64,000 bases of DNA, taken from NCBI GenBank assembly GCA_016874675.1, contig VGTL01000007.1, positions 41 to 64,040 of the forward strand. Reading direction: 5' to 3'. Shown here one piece after another: positions 37,601 to 46,300 of the stretch (positions are counted from its first letter, which is position 1; each line of letters starts with the position of its first letter). The translations under genes and the position numbers were made by a program. The notes under the pieces are model-generated. The model was not told the origin of the DNA, did no database searches, and saw only the letters and a program-made list of their open reading frames with translations. The DNA is from Methanobacteriota archaeon (GTDB lineage Archaea; Thermoplasmatota; DTKX01; VGTL01).

Positions 37601-40383
37601 GTCAGCCGGGAGCCGCCGGTGACCGGGCCGAATGTCCGGCTCGTGGTGTAGTTGATGCCGTGCCCCACCGGGTCGTCCCGCACCCCGAGGAGCGGGTCGG
37701 GCATCCCCACGCCCCGGTTCACGGCCGAAACGTGCAGGAAATCGTAGAGGAACGAGCCGGCGCCGTAGATGCCGGTGGGGAACATGTCCTGGCCGATGAG
37801 CCAGAGGCCCCGGTCGTCCCCGGCGGACAGGAAGCCCTTGAGGTTGGTCTCGTCCTGGCTGGTCAGGGGGTTGGGTGCCCCGGGGGCGCACTGGCCTGTG
37901 AGCCAGATGACCGTGTTGAACCTGCGCAGGTAGGATTCGGACGGGCCGTTGATGCCGGGGCCCGGCACGACGTACGTCGTGGCCGTGTAGCCCAGCCGCT
38001 CCAGGGCCCTCTGGAACTCGAACGTGCTGTTGTAGAAGGTCGCCATCGCCCGGTTGTTGGGGCTGTCGTCGTCGTCCACAACGAGTATGCTGTACCGGAC
38101 GACCAGCGAGGACGTGGCGGAGCCCCACACCTCGTTGTTGTCCTCGTTGGTCTCCGCAATGAAGTTGAACGGGTCCACGCTGACGCGCACGGCGTGGCTG
38201 CCGACGCGGTTGGCCAGCCACACTATCGTCACCCGGACCACGCCTCCGTCGCCCGGGACCCCCGGCACCTCGACGGGGTTGGTGGTCATGGAGCCGTTCA
38301 TCAGGGTGTCGTTGATGTACACCTGGTAGGGCGGGATGGGGGAGTTGTCCATGAGGAACAGCACCAGCACGCGGTCGCCGCCCTCCGGCTCGTACCCCTG
38401 GCCGTTGTTGCGCACCCAGACGGTGATGTTGACCTCTTCCATGAAGTCGGGGTTGAGCTTGCCGATTACCTGCTCCGACAGCGCCAGGTCCCGGCCGTAG
38501 CGGGCCAGGCAGTCGAACCACTTGAGCATGTGGAAGGTCAGGTTGGCGCGGTCGTTGGCGCTCCTGAGCTGGGAGAACTCGAACGAGAAGAGCGCCATCG
38601 TGTAGGTGGGCCCGGAGGAGTTGGTGGTGGCGTTGAACATCAGGGCGTACTTGGAGCTCGTGGAGGAGTTCCAGAGCGCCGCCACGGAGCGGCTGTCGTT
38701 GACCAGCTTGTCCGCGAGGTCCGTAAGGCCTCCAGCCCACGGAATCGAATTGACGGGAAGCGTCATGTTGCACGTGACGAAGTTCTCAGGCACGCCCTCC
38801 AGCGGGTTGTACAGTCCGGCGTCCAGCACCTGCCCGGAGACGTGCAGGTAGCCGCTCAGCCAGGCGGGCGCCGTGCTCCGCAGGTCGTTGACGAGGTCCT
38901 GGCCGATGAGCCAGAGCTTGCCGCCGTGGTCCATGTACTGTGAAAGCGACGCCATGTCGTTGGGGGTGAGGGTGGAGGTCCTCTCGTGGCCGGTGACCCA
39001 GATGACCAAATCGAAGTCGGCGAGCCGCCGCTTGGCCGGCCCCGTGTCGTACTTGGGGCCGTCGCCCCCGCTCACCTCGTAGTAGGTGTACTCCGCAGAC
39101 ACGGCGCTGAGGGCGGCCTCCACCGCCGAGGTGGCGTCCTTGAGCGTCCCGGGCCCGGCCTTGTCGTCGTCGACCAGGAGCACGGTCGGCAGGACCTCGA
39201 TGTAGACCGTCCGGTTGTTGTTGTCGGGGTTGGCGTCGTCGGGGGGGCCGTTGATCACCGAGACGTTGGCGAACATCCGGTGGATGCCGCCGAAGCTGGG
39301 CAGCCAGACCGTGTCGACCTCGAGGAGCTGGCCGGCGGACACCGAGAGGTTGTAGTCGGTGAAGAGCTCCACGCCGTTGTCCCAGTAGGTGACGCTCGCC
39401 ATCGCCGGCACGCCGCCCTGGTTGGCTATCCGCACGAACATCTTGACGGCGTCGCCGTGGATGGGGTGGTTGTTCGAAAACGATATCGAGGTGATGTTGA
39501 GGTCGGGTGCATCGGGCGTGGTTATGCCGGGACCGATGCGTATCTGCCTGCTCGCGTAGTTGTTCGTGAAGACGCTCTCGTTGCGCAGGGGGACCGCCCT
39601 GACGTAGACCGAGTGCGGCCCCCAGGCCGTGATGGGCCACGGCACGCTGACGACGGCCGTGTCCCCGGGGTTGCCGGAGGAGTTCAGGAAGGGCACCAGG
39701 CGGGGCTCGAGGGCCAGCGCCGTGTACATGAACACGGACGAGGCGACGGTTATGTTGTTCACAGGCACCCGGCCGAAATTGTGGACCACCACCTGTACGG
39801 CGAGGATGTCGCCCTCCACGGGGGCGTTGTCGCCGTCGTCGACGAGCGAGCCGGCGCGCCAAAACGATATGTCGTCGGCCGAAAGGCCCACGTCCGGCAG
39901 CAGGGAGTAGTCCTGGGGCCGCCGGATGAACTGGTCGGAGAGCACCCGGGAGTCGCGGGTGTTCACCACCACGACGTGCACCCGGTCGTCGGGGGAGACC
40001 ACGGCGCTCACGTTCCTCGTCCAGACCTCCCCGACGCCCAGCGCGCCGTCGGGGTGCCCCTGCGAGATGGAGAAACGGGCCGGCAGGCTGTAGTCCTTTC
40101 CGATCTGTATCGTCACCTGGTCCTGCCGGAGCACGGCGCCGCCGACGTGCTCGATGGTGACGTTCGTGCCGTCGAACGAGGCGACCGTGTCCGCCTCGAG
40201 CGTGCCGGCCGGCGGGGGCAGGCTCATGAGCTGCGTCGCCAGGGCCGAGAGCATGATGACGGAGGTCACGACGAGCAGGATGTCCCCCAGCGTCTCCGAC
40301 ACGCCCCGCCGGTCGTCTTGGAACCTCCGGCCGCCCCGCCCCCGCACCCCGCGCCCTGCACCCTGCGCCCTGCACACTGTCAT
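34627..40383 (-). CDS. Giant type IV pilin-adhesin B (1918 aa) with a vWA cassette
   Basis: DRRG|VSETLGDILLV, HVGG, MIDAS DTSNS...TP...LCDG. ATGA overlaps at both ends. Confidence 0.85.
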   Translation of the reverse strand: MTVCRAQGAGRGVRGRGGRRFQDDRRGVSETLGDILLVVTSVIMLSALATQLMSLPPPAGTLEADTVASFDGTNVTIEHVGGAVLRQDQVTIQIGKDYSLPARFSISQGHPDGALGVGEVWTRNVSAVVSPDDRVHVVVVNTRDSRVLSDQFIRRPQDYSLLPDVGLSADDISFWRAGSLVDDGDNAPVEGDILAVQVVVHNFGRVPVNNITVASSVFMYTALALEPRLVPFLNSSGNPGDTAVVSVPWPITAWGPHSVYVRAVPLRNESVFTNNYASRQIRIGPGITTPDAPDLNITSISFSNNHPIHGDAVKMFVRIANQGGVPAMASVTYWDNGVELFTDYNLSVSAGQLLEVDTVWLPSFGGIHRMFANVSVINGPPDDANPDNNNRTVYIEVLPTVLLVDDDKAGPGTLKDATSAVEAALSAVSAEYTYYEVSGGDGPKYDTGPAKRRLADFDLVIWVTGHERTSTLTPNDMASLSQYMDHGGKLWLIGQDLVNDLRSTAPAWLSGYLHVSGQVLDAGLYNPLEGVPENFVTCNMTLPVNSIPWAGGLTDLADKLVNDSRSVAALWNSSTSSKYALMFNATTNSSGPTYTMALFSFEFSQLRSANDRANLTFHMLKWFDCLARYGRDLALSEQVIGKLNPDFMEEVNITVWVRNNGQGYEPEGGDRVLVLFLMDNSPIPPYQVYINDTLMNGSMTTNPVEVPGVPGDGGVVRVTIVWLANRVGSHAVRVSVDPFNFIAETNEDNNEVWGSATSSLVVRYSILVVDDDDSPNNRAMATFYNSTFEFQRALERLGYTATTYVVPGPGINGPSESYLRRFNTVIWLTGQCAPGAPNPLTSQDETNLKGFLSAGDDRGLWLIGQDMFPTGIYGAGSFLYDFLHVSAVNRGVGMPDPLLGVRDDPVGHGINYTTSRTFGPVTGGSRLTPRADARGVTYLNPAGSSYNAVRFDSSSMGYRTLLCGYDLSFIAGRGTVPETEYESELVYMALHWLGLPETRVELRVTEMDMYYGNLTPIQGMHPAMGNSYVVKAVVANPGGARGDCSVRFLDGSTVIGTSFVSVAPDGETIAEIIWTPLFAGDRKISVQLDPDSVVSEIMRFNDLASVNLRSYFFYDDMEDGARNFRHEATVVRINGESALEYIDIGNVSTGVASSWQALSGFAQTTRDYHSMNSSFHMKEPGPPVDLALVFDTSNSMTGQPLADEKAAALTLVNNLTNDSRVAIFCMASNPGQRFVRPFTLLDAAGRAGVTTTINGLSVQAWTPIWLAFGEAIQYVIDFRSPDRVPAVVALCDGQDYQGSDGTIGLPPSWPADYNQLELGSDDNPWGYAPWWNWGVTQVAGSHTGKYFGKAAIPGYWFTQSFSVADGTRKGLLNAPIPLFTIGIDLEHDPNLPAFSSTSVAANVVDRAQNAFTVYTGAGSQESGTPEYNLYRIATTSPKGSYFYAPSSLDLFGVFQAVGEQLSSLVLARGAAAPGPEAPGPGAPAPGSRTGGSAEGAAGARSPNIPGPNDRYALTQSIDLRGVSSARLSFWHKYSITMGLSGCVVLVGTSADNTTFTYKYVTPGQSYKGNLKTTITRLDDLGSEIRWAWNGISGKGDFDWEFAEVNLNSFCGQQYVRVMFAYLRAGGGGGLGWWIDDVEVRVSRSNSVAVTDTSRDQWELVRKGTLLGGGADTADAWSGDWAWLCHSPSPSVDYLRPGLDNSLLTVPIDLRSALDARLIAKFKFNINYTDGRPPDGFRVEVSSDGGVSWRPINFGVRSAWKVSGTEAAGPDGTSFTGVDLGGNWVHSTSLTRLNCDLTGWAGSVIQLRFRVVTRTDSVNHYHSVTGWGGFYIDDVTVFGNTTTGGRSAGGPGAAPDGAPAAAGDAVGTGDPAPSPQAAPPAGTGPASPQAARPAPAVPVMTILSRNELIVSDSQRGHRQ
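40335..40375. repeat. Heptamer repeat arm within the leader of giant pilin B
   Basis: CCCCGCACCCCGCGCCCTGCACCCTGCGCCCTGCAC encodes CRAQGAGRGVRG. Confidence 0.65.
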
Positions 40384-43300
40384 CGCCGGTCACCTCCGGG
40401 CGCATGGAAACGGGCGGCCCGGGTGGCCGCCGGCAGGCAGGATCGCGGCGGCCCGCCGGCGTCCCCGGCCGGCGCCTGCAGGGGGCCGGCGGCCTCGCCA
40501 GTGGCCGCCGTGCCTCCATCGCCCGGGGTCTCCCCGGGGCCGGCCCCACCCTGCATCTTGCCGGCTCCATCACTGCTGTGATGGGAATCAGGCACCGGCC
40601 CGCCGCCCGGCTGTGACCGGACCGCCCTGCCCCCGCCGGTGGTGGTGTTGCCCACCACCTGCACGTCGTCGATGTAGATGCCGCCGAAGCCGGCGCCGGC
40701 GCTCTCGTAGTGGGTGGCGATGTCGGTCCGGGTCACCACCCTGAAGCGGAGCAGGATGACCGAGCCCGCCCAGCCCGAAAGATCGCAGTTGAGGCGGGAG
40801 AGGGTGTTGCCCGCCACCCAGTTGTCCAGGATGTTGACGCCTGTCATGCTGGTGCCGTCCGGGCCGGCCGCCTGGGACCCCGAGAGCCCCGACGAGGAGC
40901 GCACGCCGCGGTTGAGGGCCGTCCAGGTCTCGCCGTTGTCGGAAGAGACCTCCACCCGGAAGCCGTCGGGGGGCCGCCCGTCCGAGGCGTTGATGTTGAA
41001 CTTCAGGTTGCAGTGCAGGGCGGCGTCCAGGGCGTTGGTGAGGTCGATGGGGACGGTGGTGAGGCTGTTGTCTATGCCGCCCTTGAGGTGGTCCACGCCC
41101 GCGCTGGGGTTGTGGCACAGCCAGGCCCGCACCCCGCTGAAGGAATCCGCGACATCGGTCCCTCCCAGGGGCGTTCCCCGGGTGACCAGCTCCCACTGGT
41201 CGTCCACCGATGTGGTGGGCCCGGCCGCGTCGCCCCGCCCGGCCTTGACGACCACGTCGTCGATGTACCAGTAGCCGACGCCGGTCATGGTGGCGTTCAG
41301 GTAGAGGAACTTCACCTTCACGTGCACCTGCCCGATGAACGGGGAGAGGTCCACCGTGATGTAGTCCCAGCCTCCCAGCCCGTTGGTGCTCACGCCGTTG
41401 TAGCACCAGCGCATCTCCCGGCCGAAGTCGTCCCTTATCCTGCTTGCGGGGATGTCGAAGCGGATGTTGCCCGTGTAGGGCCTCGTGGGCGTGACATAGC
41501 GGTACTTGTAGTTGTTGTCGCCGGCGGTGTCGTTCCCCACCATTATGACCACGCCGTTGGCGCCCACCTGCATGGAGTACCTCTGGTAGAAGCTGAGCCC
41601 GGCCGAGGAGTACCCGACCAGCGAGAACGGCTGGGTGACGATGTAGAAGTCCTCGTTGGCGCGCCCGCCGGCCCCGCCCTCGCCGCCGCTCCCCGCCGCC
41701 CGCTCCCCGCTCCCGGACGACCTCCGGTCGTCTTCGCCTAGACGAGCTTCGCTCGTCTGCGGTTCGCTCGCCTGCGGTCCCGCTCCCTCCACCGATCGCA
41801 TGATGCCCGGCGTCTCCACCGCCCCCTCGAAGGGCAGGATGGTGTGTATCCAGCAGTTGCCGCTGCCGCCGACCAGGTACAGGAATCGGTGGTTGGCCGT
41901 GAAGTTCCACCAGTGGTTGTCGTCGAAGTCCGAGGTGGATTCGTCGAAGCCGGTCCCCGGCGGGTTGCCTATCGTGGGCCAGAGCTGCCAGACGAACTCC
42001 CCGCCGCTGTCCGTGGCGAAACGGACGATCTGCAGGCCGGCACCCCCGCCGAAGACGGTCCTCCACTGGAAGGTGTGCGCCCCGGCGGGCAATGTGAAGT
42101 TGGCAAAGCCGCTCCCGTCGAGGTCGTAGGGGACCCAGATCGTGGCGTCCAGCATCGACTGGTTCACGGAGAGGGGCCCGGTCCCCATGACGGTCACGTA
42201 GACCGGGACGGTCGACAGGTACCTCAGGCCGTTCTGGTTCACGCCGTTCAAGCTGCCCAGCACCGGCAGCCCGGGGTCGATGTCGATGGTGATGGCCGTG
42301 CCGAACGAGAAGTCCTGGTAGAGGTTGTAGAGGCGGTTGGCGGCCTGGGCGGTGTTGGTCCCGTAGAGCTGGGGCGTGGACATGCGGTAGAAGCCGGGCT
42401 GCTCGGTGACCAACCGGTAGTCCCACACGCCGTCGGCGTAGAAGTGGTCCTGGTACCTGGGGCAGTTGTTGGCGAAGGCCTTGCCCGCGTGCTGCTCCTG
42501 GCCGAACACCACCGTGATGTTGCGGTCCGAGGTTATCCTGAAGTAGTGGAGGCTGTTGTCGTTGGGGGGCCCCATCCGGCTGAAGACCCTGGAGCTGTGG
42601 GGGTCCACCCGCTGGTTGAGCAGCGACCAGCCGCCCCAGCCCGAGGCCTCTGTCGACTCGTATATGTCGATGTCCAGGGCCTGGGCGTCCTCTATGTTGG
42701 AGACGAGGAAGCGCCAGGGCCACCCGCCGTTGCTCCTGTACATCACGAAGTACAGCTCCTTGCCGTAGGTGTAGCCGGTGGTGGACATGGCGTTGTCGGC
42801 CTCGTCGTTGTCGTTGGAGATGCGGTAGAGCAGTATGGGCTTGGTGGCGGTGACGTTGGCCACGGCGTAGGAGTGCGGGGCGCCGAGGTAGGTGTGCCAG
42901 CGCTCGCCGGCCATGAGGTTTCCCGACACGTCGGTCTCGAGAGTGGCGCCGTAGGTGCCGGGCAATGCCGATATCGCCACCCAGGTGACGGTCACCTGCG
43001 TGTTGTCCTCCAGGGCTATCGCGGCGACGTGGGTGTCCCCCCCCAGCCGGCCGGCCAGGTCGCCCATCACGGTGAAGTTGCGCCCGCAGGCCAATCCGTC
43101 GTCATGGTTGGCCACGTTGACGTTGGAGCCCTCCGAGGAGGTGACCACCACGAGCAGCGGCCCGGTGCTGTGTATCCTGTAGAGCGCACCGGCGGTCTGT
43201 TGGTGGTATATGGCCACGCGGCCCTTGGCGAGTATGCCCGTGTAGAGGAGGTCGTACTCGAGGGTCCCGGTGTTGAACCTCTCGACCGTGTAGCTGGCCT

Positions 43301-46300
43301 CCTTCTTGATGGCGACGATGTAGTATCCCTGGGCGAAGGAGACGTTCCAGGGGTCGTAGGTCAAAAAGAAGGTGTAGGTGTAGTCCTCCACCGCCGGCGC
43401 CAGCATGCGGTAGCTTCTGGGGTAGGTGCGGTAGTCCGAGGTGGTGGCGCACACCCCCAGGGAGGCGGACCAGTCCCGCACTATGTTGGTGTTGACCGTG
43501 CCCGGGTCCATGTACTCCAGGGGGGTCTCGCCGTTTATGCGCAGCAGGGTGGCGTCGTGGTTCCAGTTGACGGTCCCGGACTCCAGGTCGTCGAAGAAGA
43601 AGTAGCACTGGATGTTGATGCTGGCGCGGTTGTTGAACTTCATGACCTCCGCGACCGAGTTGTCCGGGTCCACGACCGCCCCGACCGTGCGGCTCCCGGC
43701 GAACAGGGGCGTCCACACTATCTCGGCCAGCGCCCGGGAGCCCGCGTCCACGGAGACGGTGACGGAGTCGATGACGGTGGTGCTGTCCATGAATCGAACG
43801 ACCGCGTCGCCGCGAGTTCCCCCCGGGTTCCACACGACGGCCTTGAGCACGTACGACTCGCCTATCATGGGCTTCATCTGGCGCAGGGGCACCATGTTGC
43901 CGAAGTAGAGGTCCTGGAAGGTGATGCGCAGCTCGGTGCGCTCGTCGTAGAGGTTGAACCAGCTCATTATCATGTAGACGAGCTCCATGCTGTAGCTCTG
44001 GTCGGTCGAGTAGGAGACGAAGCTTGGGTCCCAGGCAGTGAAGACGGTCTTGAAGTTGAACTCGGAGTTGGAGTAGCGGACGCTGTTGTACGGGCGGTTG
44101 AGCGACAGGCCGTCCAGAAGGCCGGTCCCGACGTTCATCCAGACCTCGAAGCCGTCGACGGAGGCGATGTTGAGCGCCCCGTTGCCGGTGCCCTCCCGCA
44201 GGTCCAGGAGCAGGTCCCGGGTGGCGGTGTGCCACAGGCCGTCGGCCGTCCAGGCGCCGAGCCCGAACTCGGGGTCCGCCCCGGAGAGGTTGGTGTCGGT
44301 GTTGGAGTAGTAGAGGATGTGGTGGCCGCTGAGGGTGTCGGTGACGTGGAACCCGACCGTGTAGTCGATGGCGAAGCAGAAGGACCACTGGGCCACCCAC
44401 CTGTCACGGTCCAGCCAGGGCAGGTCCTGGGGGTTCCAGTCCAGGGAGGGCGCGTGGTCGCCCAGAAGGAAGCTCGAGTCCTGGACGTTGACGCCGGAGC
44501 GCTCCAGCCGGATGACCCGGGAGCCGCGGGCGGGGTCGTCCACGTTCGATATCGTGTTGGTGGTGCCGACGGGGTTGATGCGGTTGTACCAGCCGGCGGT
44601 GGAGCGGTCCTCGGCGTCGCAGTAGGTCTCCCGGTTCATGCTGTTCAGGTCGGGCATCGGCGACTGGTACAGTATGCCCTCCCCGTCGATGTAGGGCACC
44701 AGCCTCCCGCCGCTGTCGGCAAACGTCGGCGTGGCGGGCATCCTCATCCCGTGCGAAACCGGGTCCTGGTCGACGCCCATGAGAAACGAGGGCGTCTTGG
44801 GGGCGGCGGGGTCCGTCACCCTGGCGACCCTCAGGAAGTCCCGGAAGAACGCCTGCGCGCCGTCGAAGTAGTTGCCGACGGGAACGGCGTCCTGCCCGAC
44901 GAACCACAGGTAGCGGCCGTCGCTCTTTTTGAGGTAGCTCTCCAGGTTGGCCTGGTCGGCCGCCGTCAGGGAGGAGGCGGACTGCCCGGAGCACCATATG
45001 ATGGCGTTGTACTGCTCGAGCCTGGCAGGCGCGGGGCCGTCCGCCGCCGGGTCCGGGACCACGAACAGGTCGTAGTCGTACCCGAGGGCGTCCAAGGCCT
45101 GGCTGATGTTTTGGGTGGCGTTGTAGTTCGTGGCCCCGAGGCGGTTGTTGGGGCTGTCGTCGTCGTCGACGAGCAGCGTGCCGTACCGCACGAAGAGCTT
45201 GCCGTCGCAGATGGACGGGTCCACCTGGTTGTTGAGCTCGTTGTTCTCGTCGATGTAGTCGTAGGGGTCGACCCTCACGGTGACGTTGTGCTCGCCCACC
45301 TTGCTGGCCACCCACGCCGCCGAGACCTTGATGTATCCGCCCCGGCCGTTGATGACCATCCCGGGATCGGGGGTGCTCTGGGGTATCCAGATCTCGGAGG
45401 TGGGATAGGTGAATGTGTACGTAACGGGCCCTCTCTCGACGGACACGCTGTCGGGGTCGAAGGTCTTGCCGTCCATGTAGAACCCTATCTGCAGTATGGG
45501 GGACACGAAGCCCGGGGGCTCGTCGTTCAGCCCGTTGTTGCGGACCCAGACCGTTATATTGACCTTCTCCATGAACGAGGGATTGGTGACGTTGAAGCGC
45601 ATGTTCGAGATCGCCAGGTCCCGCCCCCACCGGGCCGAGCAGTTGAACCACTCGAGCATGGAGTAGATGATGAGAGACCGGTCGTTGGGGCTCGAGACCT
45701 TGCCCAGCTCGAAGCTGAAGAGCGAGGCCATGTAGGTCTCGGAGCTGCCGTTGGTGGTGGCGTTGAAGAGCAGCCCGACCGGGCGCTGGGCGCCGTCCCT
45801 CTCTATCAGGGCGTAGGCCGAGCGGGAGGTGTTCTGAACGAAGTCGCCGCGGTTGCTCAGGCCTCCCGTGAACGGGGTCCCGAACGTGAAGTTGGTGCCG
45901 GTCAATATCCGGTCGCCCTGCAGCGGGGTGGGGGTCCCGGCGTTCAGCGGGTAGGGCGTGGCCGGGTCCAGCTGCATCCGGGAGCCTAGGAAGGCGTTGC
46001 CGTACCCGAGGTCGCTCACGACGTCCTGGCCGATGAGCCACAGCCTGCCCCGGGACTCGTGCAGGTAGCGGGTGAGCTCGGACTGGTCGTTTCCGGTCAG
46101 GGTGTTGGCCTCCTCGAACCCGGTCATCCAGATGACGAGGTCGTACTCGACGAGCGGGTGCTCCCCGCCCTCGTACCTGGGGCCGTCGCCGCCGCCGACG
46201 GCGTGCACGCCGTAGGTCGCGCCCACGGCCTGGAGCCCGGCCAGCATGGGCGTCACGACGTCCCGGGGCGAGCCCTCGCTGGCTCGGTCGTCGTCGACCA

